DNA of 64,000 nt from Zootoca vivipara (taxonomy: Eukaryota). Within the stretch, counting starts at the first letter, position 1, and the number at the start of each line of letters is the position of its first letter. The notes beneath the pieces were generated by a model. It was not told the origin of the DNA. It saw only the letters and a list, made by a program, of their open reading frames with translations, and did no database searches. Below are positions 35,801-47,318 of the stretch, in pieces. A program made the translations under genes and the position numbers. Location of the stretch: positions 32,240,001 to 32,304,000 of the forward strand of contig NC_083290.1 of the NCBI RefSeq assembly GCF_963506605.1, read 5' to 3'.

Positions 35801-38800
35801 CACCCTTGATACGGGAGAAATTAATACGATCCCCCTCATGCGTCACCAGTTCTTCAGTATACAAGTTGAAAGCTGGGGAAGAGGGAAAGGAACATACAGA
35901 AGCAACTTTGCTTTGGCTCAACTTTGAAATCTAGGACTTGGAAGAATGATGTCTTCCAATCCCATGGGTAAAATATTTGAAACATTTTTGTAGCCCCCCC
36001 CCCCCAACGACTTCATTCAGATTTCAGGATGGTATATGGCAGCTGTGTGTAACCTTTGGTCCTCCAGATGTTACTGGACTGCAGATCCCATCAACCGCAG
36101 CAAGCATGGCCAATGGCTAGGGATAATGGGAGTTGTAGTTCAGCAATATTTGGAGAGCCAAAGACTCCCCACACCTAGTATACAGCATAAAACAAATATA
36201 AAAAACAGTAAAACCTTTAATTTTAAAATGGACTAATACTTGCTCAGTTTAATCATTACAATCTACAGAACTATCTGGTAAATAATAATGTTTCTGCCTG
36301 GTGCTTAAACGATACGGTTGGAGGGGGGCATTCCACTGCTCCTGCAGCCAATTGGAAGCTGCACCTTGGTTTCTGAATGGTTTCGGGAGTCAAATGGACT
36401 CCCAGAACGCATTCTGTTTAAGAACCAAGGTAAGACTGTACTGAATAGGGTTTCTGCCCCCTGGTGCCAGGAGGCTGAGCTGCTCAACACAATTCAGTGC
36501 TAATGATGGCATGTGCTTGCAATAGCAAGTGGGGGGGACGGACTCACATGTCACTTCGCCGCGGCTTTGGTAGACGCCCAACGATATTGCTTTGTTCCGG
36601 AAAGCGTTGAGTAGAGTCCAGGGGTCAAACCACCCCTCATTTTCCAAGCCTTAAGAAGACAAAACAGAGAATGCAAGAAAGACAATCTAGTTTAGAATTA
36701 CAATGCCATGACAATTATTCTGCAGCCATACTCTGAACATTTCTGAATAGCACTCTTGGTTAGCTAAGAACAATTGATCTTTCCCAACAGGCAAACTCAG
36801 TAAAAAAAAACCCAGAACAAAACAGAACCCCACCCTGCAACCCTGCAACATTTCTTGTACAGTCAAACCTCTGTCGTTGAACGTAATCCATTCCGGAAGA
36901 CAATTTGACTTCGACAACTGAGGCGTGGCTTGAGAGCTTCTTGCACTCAAGTGGAAGCCCCATTGGACATTTGAGTTCCGAGGAACGTTTGAAAACCAGG
37001 GCATTTACTTCCGGGTTTTCGGCATTAGGGAACCGTAATGTTTGAAAACAGAGCTGTTTGAGAACCAAGGTTTGACTGTAACAAGTAACCTCCATCGTAC
37101 TTTGCCAAACAGCTAGCAGTGTCAGGAGAGGCAGATTGGTCCAGGTTTGCTCTTATCTGCAGCTTTGTCTCAGCTTTCAGTGGTTTAATTGCCTTTGCAG
37201 CCATTGGATAGATGTGTGAATAAAAGCACATCTTATGAAAATGTATTTTTTCTTTAAAATTATTGAATAAATGAGATAATTATGCTTATATCCATGGGTT
37301 GTGCCATTTTGCCCTGACATAGGATTCTCCAACATTTGACTATGGATCTGAGAATGCAGCTCCAGATGGGGCAGGGGTTGAAGGACTAGGACTGGACTAG
37401 CTATTCATGAAGAAGCTGTTAGGAGAAAATAGAAGAAATGGGGGCTTGTTCATTCGAGAGTCCCCGTAACTTAAGCATACAAAAAAGAAGAACAGAGCAT
37501 TCTGATTTTAAACTGTTTACTTGAGATAGCAGTGCTATTAATCTTTAGGAAAGATGGAGATTTAGCAGTCTAGTACCAATGGAAGCCAAAGCTACGCCAT
37601 CTGTATTCAACCACGGATACTTCTTTTTCAGTTGTGCTGGTGACAGTAGTGAGATCTCTGCTCCTTCCTTCCTGAAAAAAGCAAGCAAACAAACCATGAA
37701 AGAACTCTCATCAGAATGCACAAGATGGGAAAGAACATTTTGTCAATTTAAAAGTTGCTCTAATAAAGGCAGGAAGGGGCAATTTATGTTATTATTTTTA
37801 AAGTCAAAAAGTCTACTTTCCCCCAAAAATATTAATTTTCAAATAATCTGTGTGAGCAAATAGGTAAAATTACCACAGGTGATCTCAATGCTGGGGGAAG
37901 AAAACCACTATGGCTTTACAAGAACATAACATTCTCATTCATACCTCATACATACATACATGCCTATCACTGTTTCTTCTCCCTAAGCACCTTTCACCAA
38001 AAGGATCCTCAGAACCCCATACCTTTGAATTCCAACATTCTCCTCCAGCACAGCAGCTCCATCCTCTGAAGCCAGGAAGAGATAGCCCGATGGGTTAAAC
38101 TGAATATCTATGGGTGGCTGCGTGACAACACCAAGGTATTGCTGGAACAAAAAGATAATCTGTTTACATTTCAAGGATTGCTGTCTTCAGGATGGGATGA
38201 AGTGGGAAAATTACAGGAATACATATCACTGCTATAGCTCTTTTCTTGAGAGTTTAAAGAGCTTTATGGTCACTGTAGCCCTTACACAGCAATGCATTAT
38301 TTTTATCCCCATATTCTAGATGAGAAGCTGTGGGGGAGGGGGGCAATGGCTTACCTAGGACTACCTGATCAATTCATGGCAAAGAAAATATCTGAACTCT
38401 TAAAAGTGTGATTCCAAGCATGTTTACTAAAAAATAAGTCAGAGAGAGTTTTTTCTTCTTATTCAAAGCATTTGTACTCTGCTCGTCAACGGGACATTCT
38501 CTAATAAGTGTGCTGAGGACTGCATACTTGACCATTATGATATGCCAACTCTTAGCATATCTCAAGCATGGTGGTGTTTCCTGCTTGGCAGGGGGTTGGA
38601 CTGGATGGCCCTTGTGGTCTCTTTCAACTCTATGATTCTATGATTCAAGCACACATGATGTAACAATGACTGGAGGATTTAAGAGAAAAATAATAGACAA
38701 AAGAAACAATCCATGTATGTATATGGGGCGATAAATTAAAACCGAGAAGCTTCAAGAATGTCACTTATGTCCAAAATTCCCAAGATTATATAAACAGAAA

Positions 38801-41800
38801 TGTACAACTTTAACTTCTGATCTAGAAAGTGTACAGTGCATGGGTACTGGGTAAGCAAACTAAGGCCCGGGGGCCGGATTTGGCCCACAGATGGTCCGGG
38901 AATCAGCATGATTTTACATGAGTAGAATGTGTGTTTTTATTTAAAATGCATTTCTGGGTTATTTGTGGGGCATAGGAATTCGTTCTTCGCCCCCCCCCCA
39001 ATAGTCCACCCCCCAAGGTCTGAGGGACAGTGGACCGGCCCCCTGCTGAAAAAGATTGCTGACCCCTGGTATAGTATACCCTACAGCACTCTTAATGGAG
39101 TTAAGACCAAATCAGGAAGAAATACCAGTATTTTCTGAGTGAAGAGCTTGCTACTGGGATGCCAATTGATAGATTCAGTATCTGTATGTGGATGCTAGGG
39201 TGACTAACTTATTAGGACAAAAGCAGTGGTGCAAACTGCACAGTGGTTATTTAATGCATTTAAGCACTCTGTAGATATCTAATTAGTTGCACATTGTCCT
39301 ATTTTGTCTCCTTAAAGATGGCCCGATGGCCCATTTGCCTGTTCCAGAGGTTGCAAGGCAGGCCAGTGACAGAAGCAAGAGTGAGACTCCTCCACTTCAG
39401 CATTCCCACAAACACCCAGACATCATGACATACGTTGATGGTGCGGAGGAAGTTTGCTGAAAACTGGCTCATCTTGATATTCTCTGGCATTGAATACTGC
39501 TGCCGTATTCCCCCCGCAGAGAGTACTGTAGATGCTTTGGAATACTGCAAAGAAGCAAAAGAGAAAATGATGCTGTCACGTAGCTCCATAGTCAAATTCC
39601 CTCTCCCAGAAACATTTCAGAAATGTAAAGAACAGCAAGAAAATAAAAGGCAACTGGGGAAGAGATTCCCTGGCAGGACAAAATGGTGAATGCCCATTTA
39701 TCCCTGTTGCAGCATTATCAATCTGCAATTCAATAGGTCACCTACTATTTCTACATTTAACATAATGAACGGCCGCCCTGATTACTTATTACTTTTTTAT
39801 CCTGCCCTGGCTCCAAGAAGTACAGGGCAGAATGCACAGTTCTCTCTCCCTGCCCTTCTGTGAGGCAGGTGAAGGTGAGAATGTGTGGTTGGCTTTGAGT
39901 CACGCTTGATGGCTGAGTAGAGATTTGAAGCAGGTCTCCATCGGCCAAGTCTGACACTAAGTACTACAGCACACCTTCAGCAATGCACTTTAATGCAATT
40001 CATCTTTCTGGAAGGGACCTGAATACAGTCAATGACCATTTTGTGCGGGTGTTCTGTCCCTGTTGGTGGAGGGGGTATAAGAGCCCTCTTGCCCCCTTCC
40101 ACACCAATTCCTCCCTATTTGTGACGTTGTCCTGTCACTTCCGGGTCTGTCACCATGCATGTCTTTTGGATGCACATTAATCACTTGTTGCCTCTATTGC
40201 ACAAAGCAAACCCGACACTTAACAAACTTGATGTTTGAAACCGTTCCCCAAGCCCCCCATTATTGATCTCAGATGGTAAATGACCGTCATGTCTTTCTCC
40301 AACACCACTACTCGATAGGCATTTCTCTGTGGTTCTTTCATCTTCAGCCAGAAGGCAATAGACCAGCCTATTACTCCACCCCCAACGATGACCACATCAG
40401 CATGATCAGGAGGTAAACCTTCGGTAACATGCCCGGGCTGCCAGTCACTGCCGGGAAGGAAGTCTTTCATCTTCTTGTAGGCATTGATGACTCCCTTCTG
40501 CATATCTGAAAGAAGCCAAAAATAATACCATGCAGTTAGTGTTCAGCAGACTCAGTTGAGAAAAAAGCCACCACCTTATTGCTACCAAACGTGTCCAATA
40601 TATCAAGTTTGGAGAAAGCAGAATCGAGCATTTCATGAATCTCAACCCTTATGGTAGAAAGGTATGCTTGAAAGGCTTGGCAATTCTCAGATTCAGACAG
40701 ATGTCAAATCCACGCTGTGCACTATTTTAACAGTAATGGCTTCGCCCAAAGAATGCTCAGCTCTGTAGTTTGCGAAGGGTGCTTCAACTCTGTGAGGAAT
40801 CTCCTAACCACTCTCACTCAATGAACTGCAGTTTCCAGGATTCTTTGCGGGAAGTCATGATTGTTAAAGTGGCATGCTACTGCTTTAACTGTATGGCGTG
40901 GCTGAGAACAGAATGGTTGAATGTGTTTCCCAGTGGCTTCAAAGCCTCAGCCTCAATGCTCCATATAACTTATTCCCTTTCCCCCACAAGATACAGTGGT
41001 ACCTCATGTTGCGAACGGAATGTTCCGGCAGCCCGTTCGCAACATGAAAAAGCCGCCAATATGAAGCACTGCACCTGTGCACGCATGTGACACAATGTGG
41101 TGCTTCTGCGCATGTGCAAAGGGCGATTTAGTGCTTCTGTGCATGTGCGCAGGTCACGGACGCACCAAACCAGGAAGTAACCCATTCTGGGACTTCCGGG
41201 TTCAGTGCGTCCATAACCTGAAAAGACGCAACATGAAGCAGACGTATCCTGAGGTATGACTGCACGTAGATTTATGAAGAGAGAAAGAACATCCATGTTC
41301 TCCACAACAATTTACGCAGGTTGTAGAAAGCAGCTTTTCATGTTAAAAAATAAAAGCAAAGTTACGATGGCTTTTCTGTTTATAGAACACATCATAGCTC
41401 TAATTTAAACCATACTGATTGAAACAACTAAACAGTTACCGGGTATCAGTCTTCGTAATGAAAAGCCTTTCAGGTGCCCTTTGCACTTTATGCACCAACA
41501 GTTGTACTCCTGGCATTTCTAATTTCAGCAACACAACCAGCAGTTCAACCGTTAGGTTCAAATTGCTGTTTGCGTTGCTTAAATTTTTACCTTGAGATGC
41601 CAGGCATGAGCCAGGACTACAATTATTGGTGCATGACATACCGTACAAAGGGCATCTAAAAGGTTTGCCTTCATGAAGACTGATAACTGTTTGGTTGTTT
41701 CAATTATTATGGTAACAATTAGAGCTATGTTTTGCTCTAAAAATGAAACGGCCATCATAATTTTTTTAATGACCTATTTGTAAAAGTATACTCTGCTAAT

Positions 41801-43156
41801 GAGGCAGTCTTTTTTTTGAAGACTAGTAATTATTTTAAATACAAAAAACTTACAAAAATGCAGGTACGTGGTATTACCTTGGAATATGTGTTTTCCTGCT
41901 CACTAAGGCTGAAATGCTAAGCAGCATACCAGGGAGGTAAACTCCATTGAACAAAGTGGAATTTATTTCTGAAGAAGCATGGACAGAATTGTGCTACATT
42001 GCTTTTACTTTTGGATTCACATTACATACTTACTGAATTCATTACTGTCATTTTATAGGTTCAAACCAAAGAAACATGTGATAGTTATTGTACAATGCAC
42101 TATATCTTTTATTCAATTAAATAAGGAAATAACAGACTTCAACCTCCTCACTTGTAGTTATCAAGTGTCGTGAGACACACTTAAGAGCAACTGAAGCAGC
42201 CCACTTTTTAAAGTACTTACGGTACATTAAAAATAATTGAAACAAAATAAAATTTTCCTTCCAGTAGCACCTTAGAGATCAACTAAGTTTGTCATTGGTA
42301 TGAGCTTTCGTGTGCATGCACACTTCTTCATATTTGAAGTATGCATGCACACGAAAGCTCATACCAATGACAAACGTACTGGTAGTTGGTCTCTAAGGTG
42401 CTACTGGAAGGAATTTTTTTTATTTTGTTTCGACTATACCAGACCAACACGGCTACTTACCTGTAATTAAAAATAATGTAATTATGTGTTGTTTGCAAAA
42501 AGGAATCAGGAATCATCTAAAAAAGGCATGAAGAGTCTCCCACTTCAGAACTCTTCTGTTAAGATGCACACTGCACAGATTTTAGTCAGTTAAATCATTC
42601 AATTAATCAAATTTGATTTTAATAAGCTGACAATTATTTCCAAGTACTTGCATTAATCATAATTTTTTTTAAAAAAAAATTCTGTATGCACAGGTATGTA
42701 GATTTCAGCCAATCGGCCATCAAGTCAGTCAATTAATTAAACAAGGCACACCTGTAACGGGGATTAAAAACTGTCCCTTTTTTTTAAACAAACACTTAAA
42801 AAAATTACTTTAAGTTCTATTTAATTAACATCCACTACCAAAGAGATCTTAGCCAATCAACCATTCCAATAAAGTAGGAAGGATTGGATGAAAATGCCAA
42901 TACCAACCCACTCGTCTTTAATTCGATTTTTACTTTTCATCGAGAGACTCTCAGCCCTAGATTATCCTCATGACAACCCCGCGAGGTAGGCCAGGCCGAG
43001 AGAAGCCACCCCCGCCTGATTCGCACCTTGGACGGGGTCGTAAAGCCGGGGCTCCCCTGTACGAAACGGCCGGCGAGGCTCCGCCGGGCTCGCTGAGGGA
43101 CTTGCCGCCCCTAGCAGAGGACGCAGCCTGCCCAGCAGCCTCCGCCCGCGGATCAT
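30552..43156 (-). CDS. FOXRED1: FAD-dependent oxidoreductase domain-containing protein 1 (complex I assembly factor), 501 aa, 11 exons: 43156-43027, 40505-40285, 39544-39434, 38141-38023, 37671-37577, 36649-36548, 35872-35796, 34676-34516, 33398-33269, 32263-32159, 30806-30552
   Basis: Arg-rich presequence-like N-terminus; Rossmann [11 protein letters not shown]; [16 protein letters not shown]; EGWFDPW; VNAAGAWS; WAGYYDYN...[17 protein letters not shown]. All introns are GT-AG and in phase (1506 nt). Confidence 0.96.
31683..31922. mobile_element. Tigger/pogo-like MITE (same family as 857-1076, opposite orientation)
   Basis: TA|CAGTCGTACCTTGG...GAGGTACCACTG|TA with the CCAAT palindrome. Confidence 0.85.
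32538..32830 (+). mobile_element. L2 LINE 3' end
   Basis: Encodes the ORF2 C-terminus RTLRS...[15 protein letters not shown]...TFRRHLK, then the 3' UTR and a (TTG/TTA)n tail. Confidence 0.85.
32836..32894. repeat. (TTG)n(TTA)n microsatellite
   Basis: Directly visible. Confidence 0.95.
33994..34130. other. Assembly gap (137 N) in FOXRED1 intron 8
   Basis: Run of N. The flanking exons join in phase, so no coding exon needs to lie in it. Confidence 0.99.
36860..37078. mobile_element. Tigger/pogo-like MITE
   Basis: TA|CAGTCAAACCT...AGGTTTGACTG|TA. Confidence 0.85.
38570..38646 (+). mobile_element. CR1 LINE 3' terminal fragment
   Basis: GGGGGTTGGACTGGATGGCCCTTG...(ATTCTATG)n tail. Similar fragments near 44450-44650 and 48550-48630. 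Confidence 0.8.
38839..39068. mobile_element. Non-autonomous hAT element (termini related to 2313-2726)
   Basis: ...GCAAACTAAGGCCCGGGGGCCGG... and CTGAGGGACAGTGGACCGGCCCCCTGCTGAAAAAGATTGCTGACCCCTG; imperfect TSD GTACAGTG/GTATAGTA. Confidence 0.7.
40994..41262. mobile_element. Tigger/pogo-like MITE
   Basis: TA|CAGTGGTACCTCA...TGAGGTATGACTG. Confidence 0.75.
41355..41768. repeat. Decayed ~400-bp fold-back palindrome
   Basis: Paired blocks around a centre near 41552: CATAGCTCTAATT/AATTAGAGCTATG, TGAAACAACTAAACAGTTA/TAACTGTTTGGTTGTTTCA, ATCAGTCTTC/GAAGACTGAT, TGCACCAA/TTGGTGCA. Confidence 0.8.
42238..42465. mobile_element. Second Penelope-like inverted pseudo-LTR remnant with degenerate hammerhead cores
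   Basis: Same family as 12152-12348; 12-bp TSD ATTAAAAATAAT (42226-42237, 42466-42477). Confidence 0.8.
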
Positions 43157-44018
43157 GCTGCCGAATCTACTCCCCTCAGGTCGACTGAGACAAGCCCGCG
43201 CGGACACCGAGACGCCCTCTTTTTACCTCACCGCCTCCTTTTTTAACGCGTCACAGCAAACGCCCCGCCCCCTGTCTGCCCTGATAGGACCTGTTGGGTT
43301 CAGAGTCCGGGAAGCACCGCCCACTCCGTGGGGGACCTCCACCCCTTCTCAACTGGCCAATAGAGGGCCTCCTTCTTTGCCCCGCCTCGCTAAAACCCGC
43401 CGGGGTCAGAACATCGTAAGCACCGCCCACTCTTCAAATAAGTCCCCGCCTACTTTCCTCCGTCCTTGACCAATCCGCCGCCGCGATGCAATCCCCACCT
43501 CCTCCTCCTCCACAACCAATCCTGTCTCTCCTCATGACAGGCCATCCTTAGTTTTGACGTGGCCCTTCCATACTCACCCACCGGAAGCTCTTATCACCTA
43601 AGAGCCAGTCGGCTCGGCTCTTCTCGTTCCCGCCCCTTCCGCCGTCAGTGTTGTGTCAGACACAAGCGCGTCGTGCCTCATCATCGCAATCCCCTCTTGG
43701 GTTTTAGACTACTGTAGGTACTGTCTCTATGTTGCGACAACCTTATTAAAAGTTGTTGTTTTAAAGCACATTTGCTTCGACCACTCTATTGTTTTGCTAC
43801 GTCTATGGTCCTCGCTTCCTTTTCCGGAAGCGAGGCCCAATCGCTCTCCCCCTTTCTCCCCTTGTTCCCGCCTTCTATCCGGAAGCTCGCTTCCGGCGGA
43901 AATGAGGCGCGCAGTGAAGAGAATAGCCTGACGTGGGTAAGGAAGTCGGGCTGGTTTCCCGGCGTCTCAGGCTCCCCTCCCCGGTTCCCCCCTCTCTTCC
44001 CCCCCTCCCGGCTCCACC
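43157..44018. promoter_or_regulatory. FOXRED1/SRPRA bidirectional CpG-island promoter
   Basis: 862 bp between divergent ATGs; GC boxes, several CCAAT, CCGGAAG ETS sites, and TGACGTGG at 43555-43562 and 43929-43936. Confidence 0.85.
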
Positions 44019-47000
44019 ATGCTCGACTTCTTCACCATCTTTAGCAAGGGAGGCCTCGTCCTGTGGTGCTTCCAAGGCGTGCGCGGCCCTGCGGCGGCTT
44101 GCACTGCGCCCGTGAACGCGCTTATCCGCTCGGTTCTACTCCAGGTGAGTTCTCGCCACTTTCCCTTTTACGCGTCGGCATCCTTCCGCCGATTTTGGGT
44201 GCCTCCCTCTCTCTATTCCCTTCCCGCCGCCATCCCTGACTTTATGTTATTGTTGTTCTTTAGTCGTTTAGTCGTGTCCGACTCTTCGTGACCCCATGGA
44301 CCAGAGCACGCCAGGCACTCCAGTCTTCCACTGCCTCCCGCAGCTTGGTCAAACTCATGTTCGTAGCTTCGAGAACACTGTCCAAGTGGGGAGTTTGATC
44401 CACCATCAAACTCCCCACCTTTATTCTCTTCTGGGGGGGGGGGCAGGTAACGATTTCCTCTTAAAAAAATAGAAACAGGAAACATAAACTCAGCAGCTGT
44501 TCGACAGTGGAACGGTCTCCCTCGGGAGGTTGTGGAGTCTTCTTCTTTGTAGCTGTTCATCTGCCGTGGATTCTTTAGCTGAGATTCCAGCTAAAAGGGG
44601 GCTGGACTAGATGTTCCTAGGGGTCCCTTCCGACTCTTAAGGTTCTGTGAAATAGCCTGGAAATGGTGGACAGCCCAATTCTGTGCAAGGTGCATTCACT
44701 ACAATGTGGGAATCAATAACCTAGCAGGACAAGACAATTCCCATGCTTTCCCCGTGTGGAGAAACAACAACAACATGGTTTTCTTAATTGAATGTGCTTA
44801 ATTGTGATGCCCTATGGAACGTTATAGATCCACACGTGCTGAAAAGAGAAGACTTTTTTTGAAAATGTCAGTTAAAATCTGCTGTCATGGAAGAAATCCG
44901 CAGGTGGGTCACCTGTGGCTCTCCAGATGTTGGATTCCAGACCTAATCAGCCCCAGCTGCCAACAGCCAGTCTGAAGGGATGATGGGAGTTGTATGGTAG
45001 TCAGGCAACATCTGGAGGGCCACGAGTTCCCCAGCCTTACCTTACAAGCTTGCTAATGAATGTGAAACGTCTTAAACTCCTGAAAGTGAAATTCAAATGG
45101 TAAATATGCCATATATTTTGTGAGTGAGAATGTAACCCAAGTGGGATGATCCAAACACAGAAGAGGGGGTGGTATCCTTAGCATTGGGAGAAACTCAGTG
45201 TTTGAAGAAGTGCACCGAATCTTTAGGTGGAAATAACTCTTAATGGTGGAATACCCACCCACCCCCGCTCAGGACTGAGTATGCCCAGTGGGCACAGCAT
45301 GATTACTTGACTGCTGGGGTGTGTGCTAAAATCCAGCGAAGAAGGGGTATGGAATAGGGTATCTTGGAAAAGAGCGTGATCTAGGAGCAGTTTGTACTGC
45401 AACATTTTGTTGCAAGCTCTGCTTGTTCATTATTACAAACTGCTTGAGTTCAATGGGGCTTGTTCCCATGTAAGTGCGCATAGGATTGCAGACTTTAATC
45501 TTAGGAATGCCTACGTAGATGTAAGGCCAGCTTAGTTTAATGGAATTTACTCCTTAGTATTTGTAGCCCCTTAAAATACCAGCACATTTATTTTGGCTAA
45601 CACAGCTACCCTTCCAGATGCTACACTTCCAGAAAGCCTTATGACAAGCACTACTTGTTTGCTCCTGACCCTGACCACTGCATTTTGCAAGGAGGTTTCA
45701 AGAGACAAGACCCATATGGTGCAATTGTTACTTAATAAGTAATTCCCAATGTGTTTAAGTTGTTTTCATCTGCAGAAATTATTTAGCAGCTGGCTAGACA
45801 CAAGTTGCATTTCCCTGTAGAACCTCGTAAAACATATGTTGTGTTCAAGATTCCCTGTTGAATTGCAAGCCCAAACAGGAAAATATGTTTCCTATTTTAG
45901 TAGATTTCCTGTTTTGTAGTGCCTGTTTCTTATTTCAGAAAGTCACCGGTGCATAACTTATATTTCCTTTTTTGTACTTATGTGCATGCACCTGCTATAT
46001 TCCCAAGGACCTAATACAAAATACAAATTGTTGTTCCATAAGCTAATAGTCTGCGCTAGACAATATGTGATGGGAACATAAAATGAAAAGGTGCAAAGGA
46101 TGATGCTATCTAGTCATCCCTCTCTCCCACTCTTTCTGGCTTGGATCTCATCCCGTAGCCATGGCTACTACAACCTTCCATTTCCCCTAAGCTTTCTCTA
46201 ACTCTTTATCTGTTTCCATACACTAATTGGAATTGGAGAATGGATACTACTTAAGCTGATTCCAGGTACAGGAGACAGGATGATCTGATAGTACATCCAG
46301 TTCTGGCAGCATGTTGTAATCGGGTCATTTGGATCCTGTCATGGATCACAACTGTAAGCATTAAGATTCCATAAAAGCAGGTCTGTTTAAGTCAGATAAA
46401 TAACTTAAGAGTTCTATTTTGTGATTTTGCATCTGTACAGAAAGTTGTAAGTAGTTTTTTAAAGCAGTTTTTAAAATTTACTGGGTTTAAAACCTGACTA
46501 TTAGCTATAATTTGTCTAACTTCTAAATATTCCTTTATATTATTGGTTATATCAAGCTCTGCTGTCCATATATTTCAGAGGTTAAATAACCATTCAAAAT
46601 ACTTCTTTAAAATAATGTGAATGTCAGCGTTTTCTTGGTGTCACTAAAGCTCATTTTTTCGTCATATAAATTGTGCTTTGGGGGTGTTGATATTTATTTT
46701 TCTTAGTGTGTAGTGTTTCACAGTTGGCACCATGCTGGTCCTGTTTTTCTTTATATGTAAGAAAAGGACATTGGATTGAGCGTTGATTTAGCTACCTTTT
46801 GTGTCTTGCCCAGGTCTTTCAGGTCTGAGATTAAACACTATTTGCCATTCCTTTTATTTCTAAATTTCAAAGACTGTTTTCCAAGCCAAAAGGTGATATT
46901 TAATCAGTTTCCCTCTGTCCTGGGGTGTCCCGTGGTTCTTTGTTCCATATTTCAGAGCACTTTTTCATGGATTATAGAGCAGTGCAGTATTTATCTTTGG

Positions 47001-47287
47001 ATGTTTGAAAGCTTTCTTGAGTAGCCACTCATATTAGTAGTTTGCACATCGATGTGACTCAACAGATGGTGGGAATTGCCAGTGTGGTGTAGTGGACTTG
47101 TAATCTGGTGAACTGGGTTCATGTCCCCGCTCTTCCACATGCAGCTGCTGGGTGACCTTAGGCTAGCCACACTTCTCTGAAGTCTCTCAGCCTCACTCAC
47201 CTCACAGAATGTGTGTTGTGGGGAGGAAGGGAAAGTGAGCCGCTTTCAACTCCTTAGGGTAGTGATAAAGCGGGATATCAAATCCAA

Positions 47288-47318
<31 letters not shown>

